A stretch of DNA of 61,542 bases, the filler included, from Jimgerdemannia flammicorona (Eukaryota), in NCBI GenBank assembly GCA_003990765.1. It is 3 parts of 3 records of this genome, joined end to end, with 100 filler letters (N's around TTAATTAATTAA, not from the genome) between each part and the next. Parts side by side here need not be neighbours in the genome. Positions count along the whole stretch, not along the records: positions 1 to 20,452 come from RBNJ01001681.1; positions 20,553 to 41,000 come from RBNJ01001682.1; 1 more part is not named here. One strand, written 5' to 3'. Positions within the stretch are counted from its first letter, which is position 1. Each line of letters opens with the position of its first letter. A model generated the notes under the pieces. That model saw only the letters and a list, made by a program, of their open reading frames with translations. It was not told the origin of the DNA and made no database searches. Of the stretch, positions 13,980-25,400 are shown piece by piece. The position numbers and the translations under genes were made by a program.

Positions 13980-14155
13980 CTAATGAAAACTCCACCAAAA
14001 CAGATGAGACTTGTTGTATGCTGTAGCTAGACTCCTGCCGCACCTTGTACACCAGAATAGATGATGGGAAAACTTGAAAATGTGTTGCTTGTCACGAAAA
14101 GATGTCCATGTGGCTTAGCTTGCTCTGAATGGTTCGAGCAAAAGGACTCCCCTTA

Positions 14156-14647
14156 CTCCACCTGTCTCTTGAGTAGTGCCACATTAAGTCTCTATCTACC
14201 TCCACCACCACTGGTTGCCTGGAATCTCCCACACACCTCCACACTCCAGTGATCTGACTAGGGACACCATCGTACCTCTGATGAGTACAAAATATTACCC
14301 CAGCATTCTGCTACCAGGATCCAGTCAATCCTCGTCCCAACCAAATTCTCACCAATCAGATGCCACCTAGTAAATGGCCCTGACTTCTCACCTCGACGTT
14401 GCCATACTCTATCAACCAATCCCATTTCCTTCTCAGCTTGAAGCCATTGTGAGAGCTCAGTGGAGACCGCCACACTGACTCCACCATCCGACCTATCTAA
14501 TGTCCTATCACATACCATATTAAAGTCCCCTCCCAGAATGTCCAGCCCAATCTCATCTCGGCCTCCCCAATCCAGCCAACCTTCCACCCATTGATTTTGC
14601 TCCCTGCCAACTGCTGGCAGATATACCGAGCCAACCACCAATCCATC
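14156..14647 (-). mobile_element. LINE B1, endonuclease portion (other side of the B2 insertion)
   Basis: ORF 14258-14641 has GDFN and TRIDW; sequence continues from 8346 across the TSD. Confidence 0.85.
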
Positions 14648-17600
14648 GGGACTTCTTTTGCTTGAACCATTCAGAGAGAGCTAAGCCACACAGACATCCT
14701 TCAGTGAAAGACAACATGTTTTCAAGTTTTTATTTCGAACATACTGGTGTACATTGTGTGGCGAGAGTCTACCTATAAGGCACAACAAGTTTCAAGGAAA
14801 ACCATCAAGTTTTGGCGACATGGCTAGTCAAGATTCTTCTAGCTCTGAGCATTTGGAGAGGAGGAGGCCTGGTCTGGGCATTTCCAAGAGTTTTGCAGCT
14901 GCTATAGGGGCTGGAGTGGATGCAGGAGGGGCTGGGGGACAGGGGAAGACTGGTGGGATTGAGACCTGGTAAACAGTGGTAGGGAATAGGAGGGCTGCCA
15001 CTAGGCCCATGGGGGTGAGACAGGGAGGGTATAGTGTTGACAGGGGGAGGGGTTAGGTGATGAGTCAGGTGATAGGTCAGGTGGCTGGCAGGGGACAGGG
15101 GTCTGGTGGTATGACATGGGGGACTGGTTCTTCTTTGGCTGGACAGATGGCTAGGGAGAGGACTGCTGGTGGCACAGCTATACCTGGAGGGACGACCATG
15201 AGTATGTCAGGGGCTAAGGGAAAGGTGACTCTGGTGGCTGGGACTGGCGAGCTGATAGTGAGGCCTTTCTTCCATAAATCAGTATCGACATGGGTAATCT
15301 CGGCGAACTTCCTGGGATTGGCGATATCAGCGAGGGAGGTTCTGAGGATGGTGGGGGAAGAAGTGGCTGGGGCGGAGTCTCTGAAGTTCATCCCTTCGGT
15401 AGAGGTGGTGGAGATTGGCTTTGTGGAGGAGGATGTGATGGTGAAGGTGTTGGAGAAAGGGATGACTGTCAAGGGTGTAAAGATTGAGATGGCGAGGTGT
15501 CTGAGGTGGGATCTGCATGCGGTTTGGCTAGTGGTGGAAGAATTGCCAACCCTGGGCAGACAGGAGACCAAGGAGATGGTGGTTGAGATACTGGGTGGAT
15601 ATGGCGAGATGATGGACTTCGGGTTCATGTTCTGGGAGGGTACCAAGTTGAGGAATGGCAACTGCGAGGTGATGCTGCGGCTGGAAGGCAAAGAGGTGAT
15701 GGGGCTGGGCCGCGATTGGCCTGAAGGGATCTGGATTGGAGGGCAAGAGTGCAAGGTCTGGAGGAGGAAGGGAGCAGAACAGGAGGAGGAAGAGTTGGCA
15801 ATTTCTCTGGAGGAGCGGGAGGCTGCCAAGGAACTGTGGAAGAGGAAGTGGGAGGAGTATGCCAAGGATTGGGTCTGGATTCAAGCGGATGGCAAGCAGA
15901 AGAGGTAGAGGAAAGGGAATTGGGAGCGTCTGCAGGCAGCCCTCCAAGGGGTGGCAGTGGAAGAGGAGGCGAGAGCAGAGGCCACCAAGAATCAGATGGA
16001 AGGAGTGGAGGCAGCAGAGGTTTCCCTCACCCAGCTGGGTGGTGTGGAGGACTCAGCACATGTGCCGGTGAGAGGAAAGTGGGCAGATAAGGAGGAGGTT
16101 GGTGAGGGAGGCTTTGAGGTGGATGATGAAGTGGTACCGGAGACTCAGGTGGAGGACACCCATATGGCCGGGGCGGCGAATGTCCATTGGGAGTGTCCAG
16201 AAGCAGGTGAAGTAATTCATTTGGAGAAGGTTGTAGAGGAGGATAAGCTGGTAGATGTTGCTTCTGATATGTTGGCTGATAGGGAGCAACTGCAAGAACT
16301 GAGCAGGACCCCCAGGCCCTCGACCCCTGGGCCCCTAGTGATGATGGCGGAGAGCTGGTACCAGATGGTGCTTGAGGAGCTGGTGGAGGAAGACATCAAG
16401 GAAGTGGACGTGTTTCATGGATCTCAGGAGGTGTGGGAAGGATTTCTCAATGTAGCAATGCAAGGGCCTAAGCTGGTGATGGCGATGGTGGCCGCCCTTT
16501 TGGATGATGAAGGATATGATGTGGATGAGAGCAGAATGGCTGACATCAGAAAGGTGGCGACTGAAAGAGTGGACCTTTTTTGCAGCAGTGCAAATGGTGA
16601 CTGAATCTGGAGGGCAATTTGTGAGGACTAGTGAGAGATTGTCCGTGGAAGAGCTGAGAAGGTGGTGGCGGTTCCAGCTGAGCTTTAAACAAATTCCTTT
16701 ATGATGAAGAACAATTTATGTATTTTGTCGATCAATGTCAATGGATTGCAGGACAGTGTTAAATGATGGCAGCTGTTCAGATGGCTTAAAGTCAGGAGGT
16801 ATGATGTGGTGTTTCTTCAGGATATTTGGGCTTATGGCGAGTCAGATTATGAGATATAGAGTAAAGAATGGTATGGTGGAGCTGGCTGGAATAAGCAGGT
16901 GGGCATCTTGATTGGTGTGAGTAAAGGCGAGTTGATGGAGGTTGAGATCTATGGCGACAGACTGATTTGGGGAAGAATTACAGGAGGGGCAGGTGACAGG
17001 TTGACAGTTGGCTTGGTATACCTCCCTGTAGTTGGCAGAGAGCGAAAGCAATGGGTTGAAAGATGGCAGATATGGGATGGGCGGGAGGAGGTTGCTTTGG
17101 ACATTTTGGGGGGGGACTTCAATATGGTGCGTGATCAAACACTAGATAGGTCTGATGGTGGGGCAGGAGTCGCAGTTTTCTCTGGACTTTTGCAATGGCT
17201 TCAGGTGGAGCACGACATGGGCTTGGTAGATGGTGTTCATCAACATCAGGGGGACAAGCCAGGACCTTTCACTCGGTGGCACCCAGTTGGAACAGCATTG
17301 GTTGGGACATGAATTGATTGGGTGCTAGTGGCAGAGTGCTGGGCAATGTACTGGATACTGCCGAGGTGCACTGGTGTCTGTGGTCTGATCATTGGGGTGT
17401 TGAGGTTTGCAGTAGATTTCAAGCAGCGGGCAGTGGTGGAGGGCGCTGGCGCCTCAATGTGGCCCTACTCAAGAGGAAGACAGAGAGGGATAATTTTGTG
17501 GCAGTGGTGAGACAGGAAGTTGGGTGATGGCGCAATGAAGGATAGTTGATAGCAGAATGGTGGGGTAAATTCAAACATCTGGCTGGGTCTTACTGGTGGG

Positions 17601-19388
17601 ATGTCGGAGACATGGCTGAGAAGAAACAGAAGGACAGGGAGAGAAGAGTAGAGAAGGGGCTGCGATGGTGGTTGAAGCTTTTGGAAATGGGGGACCTGTC
17701 TGGAGAGGTGCACCACCGATTGGCATTAGAGGTGGCAGAGCTACAGGTGGATTTAAGGGTGTCTGAGACCAGGGTGGTAGATGGCCTGCTGGCCAGGCTG
17801 TGGTCCAGGTGGCTAGAGGAAGGAGAGAGGCCAACAAGATATCAGTCTGGAGTTTTGAAGGCTAGGAGGGTGCGACACAGTTGGGCCTCCATTTTGTGAG
17901 AAGATGGAGTGGAGGTCTCAGGGACTGCGGACATGTTAGGGGAGGTGTCTGGTCAATGGCAAGCTCTTTGGCAGGATGGCAGGGAGCACACTGAGGATAC
18001 AGGGTTTGGAGAGGATGACAACAATATGGTGACCAATTGGCCAGTGACTGCGATACCTGGGATAGGAGAGGCAGTCATGGGAGAGATATCTCTAGATGAA
18101 GTATTGGAAGCGCTGAGGAAGACACAGACTGGTTCATCTCTGGGGGAGGATGGGCTGCCCTGGGAATTCTGGAAGGAGTTTAAGTCAGAGTTTGGTGACT
18201 GGTTGGTGGAAATGGCCAATGCAGTTCTGAAGGAGAGCAGCTGGATTGGAAATGATTCCTTGGGGCTAGTCTCTCTTCTATATAAGGAAAAGGGTGATCG
18301 ACAGGTGTGGTGTAACTGGCGACCTATCATGCTACTGAATGTCGATAGAAAGCTAGTTTCGAAGATTCTGGCAGAGAGGATACAGCAGTATATTGGCATG
18401 CTAGTTGGAGAAGAGCAGTGAGGCTTTGTCAAGGGGAGGCAGATTAGAGATAGTACTGCTTGGGTGCAGAATGTCTTAGAGGGCTGTAGGAGCCGGCAGG
18501 TAGATGGCCAGATGGTCTTTCTGGATCAAGAGAAGGCCTATGACAGAGTACAGTAGAGTTATTTGGAGGTAGTGCTGAGGAGGGTAGGGTTTAATGTAGT
18601 AGAGGCAGGGCGACTGATGGGTCTGGTAAGGGGTTGCCGAGCAGCGGTAATGATGAATAGATGGTTTGGACCGGAGTTTGCCTTGGGGCGAGGGGTACCA
18701 CAAGGGGATCCCTTCTCTCCTCTTCTTTATTTACTTTCTCTAGAGCCTCTGCTGGTGTGGCTGAAGGGGCGGCTCTCTGGTCTGCGGATGGGAGATGTGG
18801 TCTGGCGGTTGGGTGCCTTTGCAGATGATATGGTGGTAGGGTTAGGTAGCCGGGAGGATGCCGAAGTCCTACAAGAGGGGGTCAGATAGTATGAGAGGCT
18901 GGCAGGAGCAAAGTTGAACTGTGGCAAGTGTGAGACTATGGAACTTGGTGCTGGCCTGGGGGGATATGGACAATTTGGACAATTGGTAGCTACAGGGAGT
19001 GCTGTTCATTATTTGGGTATCTGGTTTTCGGTATATGGGATGGTCCTACCAAGGGAGTGGTGGTGTGGATTGGTTCAGAAGCTAGAAGGTGTGCTGACAG
19101 GATGGTCAGGAAGGAGCTTCTTATTGGTTGGCAGGATTGTGGTCTTGAATGTGTATTGGCTACCCAAGCTGTGGTATCTGGGTTATCATCTAGATTTTCC
19201 AGGATGGGAGGTGCAGCGGCTGAAGAAGATTGTAGAAGAGTGGTTATGGTAGGGGAGGCACCCGCAGATTGGGTGGGAGACTTTGGTGATGAGGGTTACT
19301 GATGGAGGCCTGGGGCTAGTGGATTTCAAGTAGTGACTGAAGGTACTTCGGGGCTGGTGGGGGTGCCGACTGAAGGAACTAGGTGAGG
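14648..19388 (+). mobile_element. LINE subfamily A copy 2 (5' end intact, 3' end cut by X), decayed
   Basis: Inverted near-copy of ~1335-6507 without the 429-bp insert. ORF1 at 14820-16688; ORF2 from 16701 with GDFN, QGDP and FADD. Confidence 0.92.
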
Positions 19389-20452
19389 ACAGCTCCTTTC
19401 TCCGCTACCTTACCAGTTACAAGATTTGGTAGGTGACCTTCCGAGTCCCCTTTCTCCAATATTACCCCCTCTACCTTGGGTTGGTTTGCTGTGCCTGTAG
19501 GGGTATGGTGGGAGGAGGGCAATAGTGATGAGTTGCCCCTTTATTGGTGTCAGATCGGTGCTTCCTCCACTTTTTCATGGATTCTGGTACCTTCAGCTGC
19601 ATCTGGGGTGTACCCATTTTGGTGCGGCACCTTCTTCCTTTTGCCGTCGCCAACAAGGTGTTGTCTTGGTATGTCTCAGGCTACGTAGAGAGTCAGCCGA
19701 CCTTGGGCATCAAGTGCCCAGTGTAGGTTACCTGCAGGTCTTCAGTACCTGTGGTGGGGCCCTCTGGCTTTGGCAAGCTTCCCAGCGAGCACAGTTCTGG
19801 CATAGGTGACTGCTTTTCGGGTAATGTTGGGTTGGGAGGGGAGATGGCCATCACAGATAGGAGGAAGGGTGATAATGGTGGACCAGTAGGGTGCCAGGCT
19901 GGGGGCAGTCATCGGGGCTGGGGCAAGTGCTGCTTTGGTGGGGCCTTTTGATTGGTGCAGCGCAGTTAGGTAGTAGGTATCACTCTCGGCTTCTTTTGGC
20001 GGGTAGTGGGGTGAGGCCCCAGTCATCAGGGGGGGTTGGGGGGCCCAAGGCTACCCATTTCAGGCATCTTGGCTGCACTCAACTGGAACCAGGAGCTGAC
20101 ACGGCAATGTGATCGAGGCCCACAGGCTTGAATAGTGGGGTATTGGGGGTTTCCTCCCACCTCATGTGTAAGTCCTTTACTCACCTCAACTGGGAGAACC
20201 AGGCCCTACCCACCGTGTTGTACTTTGATGAGGGTTTTTTCTTTGCCTGTCATTCTCTTTGGGGTGGCAGGGGCTATTCTATTCGGCTCGGGCATGGCCT
20301 TGTACATACGTTGGGTTCTCGAGCATGCGCTTTCGGTCGTTGGCGTATGGCTGGGTTTCCTCTGGTGGTAGGGAGAGCATGGTGTGCAGAACGAGGTGCG
20401 GGCCACTATAGGCCCTGCTGCACCTGGCATGGTCGAGCTGCTGGACAATAGC
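19389..20452 (+). mobile_element. SINE-like retroposon X, copy 2 (3' end lost in gap)
   Basis: Starts ACAGCTCCTTTCTCCGCTACC exactly like copy 1 and at the same base as copy 3. Confidence 0.8.
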
Positions 20453-20552
20453 NNNNNNNNNNNNNNNNNNNNNNNNNNNNNNNNNNNNNNNNNNNNTTAA
20501 TTAATTAANNNNNNNNNNNNNNNNNNNNNNNNNNNNNNNNNNNNNNNNNNNN
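20453..20552. other. Artificial contig spacer (N44-TTAATTAATTAA-N44)
   Basis: Exactly 100 bp with a six-frame-stop linker; identical to 41001-41100. Confidence 0.97.
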
Positions 20553-22036
20553 AAGAGATAACAAGACAGTTAAAAATAAGAAGTTTGAGGACTATAAGAC
20601 CTTGGGAAGGCACTCCAATAAGAACTTGCTTATAACAAACTTGAGTTAGTCTAAGAGATACACCTTGAAGAGAATCTGGTATATTTGAAGGACTCAGCGA
20701 CCACTACATGACAATAGTTAGAGAATGGTTTATCCAATTGATCATGGGGTTCTCTTGTTTTAACCATAGAGTCCCAAGGATGATTTTATTGTCAGGAAGT
20801 GGTACAATCTGGAGGGTAACATATACTTGATAGTCACCAATTCAAAAGAGTAGATTGTGGACTTTCTTGCTAATAATATGTGAGGTTCTATTAGCTGTGG
20901 CAACTGCTTGAGTTTGTTATATCAGAGATATCAGAACCTTGAGTCTGTTGGCTATTTCTTTATTGATGAAGTTGCCTGAGGCACCACTGTCTATCATAAT
21001 CTTGGCAGGTGCTTGGTTGATAAAAGCTTGAAGTATAAGTAGTTTGTCTGATCCAATAGTGGTAATTTTGGTTATAGAAGCTTTCCTTCTATTGGTTCTT
21101 CTTTGAGCCAGTTCATTGATACAAAAGAAGTAATTATCAATTATTTGGGAAGAGTACATTCCAATGCCATAGAGGTATCAGCCACTTAGTATATATCTAT
21201 CTTTAATTTTCTTATAGAATTATTCTTCTTTACTTATAGTAGATTGGACTGGGGTCTTGTTTGATGAGCCAAATCCTTTGGATTCTCAGATGATAGATAG
21301 TAGTTTAGGGACTTTCTTAACTATCAGAGTTGACTTGATTTTTTCAAATAGGATCTGGGCAATGTAGAAACCAATAGGGATCTTGAAGAGTATCCAACTA
21401 TGGTTTTGGATGAGGATATTGATTTTGTCTGTATAGTCTTCATCAATGACTCCTCCTTCTACTGAGAGTTCTTTCAATGCTAGGCTACTGTGATAGCATA
21501 TTCTTCCAATATGTCCTTTAGAGATTTGAATACTGATTCTTACTTAACTTCTTAGTTAGAAACTATAGCTTCTTCAGCTATATATAGGTCATAACTAGCT
21601 GCTTTTTGACTTTCTTTGGTTGGGGTCTTGATAGTTGGCCTTAACTTCAAAGTCCAATATCTTGGTGGTCAGATTGTTGAGATGGTATAGAGTAGTAATA
21701 GTTGCTCATATTGCTGTTTGGGGTTTTCGTTTCAGGTAGGTACTGGCTATATATCCTGTCTTTTGGCAATAGAAGTATGCTCTGCTTCTTTGAAGTTCAT
21801 TTCTTTCCCCTTTAGTGAGTTTCTTAAAGATACTTGGCTAGATAGGTTCAGGATTTCTGAGTGTCTATGAGATGGATGTGAAGGGAGCTTGAGATGTTTT
21901 ATGCTTGGGTTCTTCTTTCTTAGTCCAAGTTTTTTCTTATTGTTGAATTGTCTTTGGAGCAGAATTGGTCTGGCTATTAGTATTTGCTTGACCATAGTCT
22001 TGATTCTTGCCAGATACCATTGTTGGTAGTTACAAT
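20553..22036 (-). mobile_element. Ty3/Gypsy LTR retrotransposon remnant: gag zinc knuckle - dUTPase - aspartic protease
   Basis: Decayed CCHC (YFYCQKTGYIASTY, ~21735-21785). dUTPase motifs ASYDL, GGVIDEDY, IAQILF, KGFGSS (~21260-21660). Protease IMIDSGASGNFI (ORF 20917-21159). Confidence 0.82.
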
Positions 22037-22059
22037 TAGTACTCTGAACAAGTCAATTT

Positions 22060-22330
22060 GAATCAAATTTAGATTCAATTCATCACATGATAGTTTGATC
22101 CAAATCTCAAATCTGAAGCTATCTGAATCAACTTAGATTAATCCAAATCACCTCATCTGAATCACCCTATCTGAATCACCCATCTGAATCACTCCAATCT
22201 GAATCACTTAATCTGAATTACTCAATCTGAATCACTCAATCTGAATCACTCAATCTGAATCCTCCAATTTGAATCCTTCAATTCGAATCCTCCAATTTGA
22301 ATCCTTCAATCTGAATTCTTATCTGAATCT
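22060..22330 (+). repeat. hAT left subterminal repeat array (ATCTGAATC units)
   Basis: More than 10 tandem/near-tandem ATCTGAATC(ACT/C) units, plus a decayed ATCACGTGAT palindrome also seen at the right end (~31056). Confidence 0.8.
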
Positions 22331-22482
22331 TTCAACCAAATCCTCTAATCCAAATTCTCCACATGACTCATATGCCAGATGCATCTACAACACAATATAT
22401 ATACATGCATATATAATACATATATATGCATATACAATATATATATATGTATACATATATACATACAAACATACAAACACAC

Positions 22483-25400
22483 ATGTCAACAGATCAGTCT
22501 TCAATAGTTCACAGTACTGATGATGCTTCAAGTCAAATATCTCTGATAGTTCCACACCTTCCATGTAATCCTTACTCCGAAATCTGACAATATTGTGCTA
22601 AGATAGGAGATAATATTGTTTGTAATTATTGCAGGTAAAAAATTAAGATGCACCTATTGATACTTTTTGTTTTGATATACACATGATATTGTTTCATCCA
22701 CCCCCATAAATTGCACCAGCCAGAAGTTCAAAATGCTTGGTGGTATGACTTCAAACATAAATTAACACATAAAAGACAAGTACTCTGACAAAATCAAAAA
22801 GAACATGGAGATAAATAAAATTGACATACAAGCTGTAGTGGGTATATTTATCTGATTGCCCAACTATTTCTGTACCAATAATGCCATTTAATCAAAAATA
22901 TTTAGCTATATTCTTCAGCAGAATTTCGAAATTGGCTCATTCACTGAATTGTGTACACAGACCAGCCATTCACAACTATTGAGAGTGATCAATTATATAG
23001 CATCTTTGACCTCCTCAAGTATGATTTATATTTGCCAAGTGCTGATACTATTCACAAAGATATCCTGGAGGTCTATAGGAAGGAGCATGACAATCTCTAC
23101 CAGATACTTCAGGTAAAATAAGGGCAGCACCATGACCTTTGCAAGCTGAATTATATAAAAGAGCTCACCAATTTAACCTTACATTTAATAAGCAGAATTT
23201 GGCAGGTAAAATTTCATTTACAATTGACACATGGACATCCCCCAATACAATTTTGTTTCTGGGCATTATCAGTCATTAGATTGACCTTGATTGGTAGCTT
23301 AAATCTCTCACCCTTGACTTTGTCAAACTTGCTGGCCCTCATTCTGGAGACAATATTGCAGATACTTTTATTAGTTATATCCAGGAGCTTGGGAGGTAAA
23401 AAAGGGGGGCTTGCCATCAGGTCAGCATTTTGAGGGAGGTCCTAAAATAAACCAGATTTTATTGATTATTTATTTTCACATAAATTCACTAATCAAATAT
23501 TTTAAGTACAGATTTTGGCCATTATGATGGACAATACTACAAACAACTCAATATTTTTCAAAGTTTTAGTAGCTAGCCTCAAACAGGAAAATGTGGCCTT
23601 TGGTGCAGAAAGCTGCTATATGCGATGCTAGGTCTATGTACTGAATCTTGCTGTTCAGGACTATCTTATGCATGTAGACAAAACATCTGAGAGAGGAGGG
23701 GCCCTGAGTATAATTTCCAAGCTATGCAAACTGGTTGTATCAGTCTGATCATTCTTACAACAATGAGACAAATTCACTACATAGTGTAGAGCAATCAGTT
23801 TAGCCCTGAAAGAGCTTATATTAGACATCTGTATACATTGGAACTCAACATTTGCAATGATCCAGCATGTGCTGGAGTTTGCTGTAGTATGTATTCTTTT
23901 TTTCTTCAGTTGGCTAAAGCAACTTGTTTTAAAAAAAAAAACAAAAAACAAAAAAAGCCAATAGATTCAACAGTGGCTGCTGACAAGGAAATATGGACCA
24001 AGGCTCTAGGTGAAAGTGAGTTGGACATACTTAGGAATGTTGTCAGAGTTTTGGAAGTAAGTGGTGATTGCTCTGGCTCCACACTCATTTTGTCAGCCTC
24101 CACACTTGTTTTGTCTACCTCCACACAATGCAATATCTCACCACATATAACTGTTAGTGTTTTAATGATTGTATGAAGAATATAGTCAAACAAACGACCC
24201 CAACAATAAGCTCAGCAATACCAGTATACAACCTTCTGATTGACCGGCTAGAGGACAAGCTCAAGGATAGGCTGGAGAGTTGCAGTAATTTATAGTTGAG
24301 CCCAGATCAGAGAAATGCCATGGAGGTTGCTCTTAGTAAGCTCAGAAAATACTACTCCCAAACAGATACCACTATATACTCAATTAGTATAAGGTGGAGA
24401 ATTGGTGACAGGAAGGGGCCGCAATTGGGGTTCGGTGGATGAGGATGAAAGAGATGGCCAGGATGTACTGGAGTGAGGCTGGCAGAGTGGCAGGGAAGCA
24501 GTGAAGGCAGAGAGTGCATTGGGCTTCTATTAGATTGGCTAGGCTCCTGGAGGAGTGGGTGAGACTGGCAGTAGTGGAGGAAGAAGAGGATTGGAGAATA
24601 ACGAGGGTGAAGATGGAGGTTGGGGAACTACAATAGATACTGCGGGAAGAGAAAGAGGCAAGAATGCAAGATCTGGTGGCACGGCTTCATTGGCAGGGGC
24701 TGGAGGAAGGGGAGAGGCCTTCCAAGTTTCTCACGAGGACACTTTGAGCGAAAAGGGTACAGCAGTGGTGGGAAGGGATACTTGACTCAGATGGTATACT
24801 AGTGCATGGTGTACAGGATATCCTTGGAATACTGAAGGCGCAATGGAGTGGATTGTGGAGTGAGGAGAAGGGTGGGGCAGATGCTACAGCCATTGACTGA
24901 ACATTAGAAGATTGGCACCCATCACAAGCTGAGAGATTAGGAGACCTGGTGATTCCTGTAAAGGAGGACAAGATCCACCAGGTTCTTGTTGCGACAACCT
25001 CGGGCACAGTGCCTGGGGAGGATGGTCTCCCCTGGGACTTCGGGAAGTGAATGGTTGGGGTCCCGGGCATGTTGGGGGAGTTGACGGTACTGTGTAACTT
25101 TATATTGCAGTCAGGAAGATGGGTGGGGGAGCAGGATCTTGGGCTGGTGATACTGCTTTATAAGAACAAAGGAAGGCGAGAGAATTGGAAGAACTGGTGG
25201 CTGATAATGTTGCTAGATATGGACAGAAAGTTGGTGACTAAGGTGGTGGTCGCAAGGCTATAGAAGGTAGCCCAGCAAATTGTGGGTGTTGAGCAGAGGG
25301 GCTTCATTGGGGGTCAGCTTATTAGAGATGACATGGCCTGGGTATATGGAGTTATTGAAGGTACTCGAGCCTGTGGACTGGATGGGCATCTTGTCTTCTT

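Larger units (their letters stand above)
8347..14152 (-). mobile_element. Full-length (~5.8 kb) LINE subfamily B copy 2, inserted into B1, decayed
   Basis: Poly-T at ~8345-8358. ORF1 at 13979-12135. ORF2 at 12123-~8500 with APE, RT and a C-terminal Cys/His motif (CEWC...LEHVLAAC). 15-bp TSD: CTTCATCTGTCTCTT (8332-8346) / CTCCACCTGTCTCTT (14156-14170). Confidence 0.93.

Noticed and set aside
19525..19809. ORF 'MSCPFIGVRSVLPP...' open in all three X copies
   Set aside because: Short, Cys/Trp/Arg-rich and not protein-like; its persistence is explained by nucleotide similarity of the copies.
20497..20508. TTAATTAATTAA palindrome inside the N runs (also 41045-41056)
   Set aside because: Assembly linker with stops in all frames. 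Not biological, and adjacency across these gaps cannot be assumed.
22130..22330. CRISPR-like or telomere-like short repeat arrays (also 30895-31100, 38030-38225)
   Set aside because: No unique spacers and no cas genes; they sit just inside the hAT TIRs and are subterminal repeats.
22395..22480. (TA/CA)-rich microsatellite
   Set aside because: Ordinary low-complexity tract upstream of the hAT transposase ATG.
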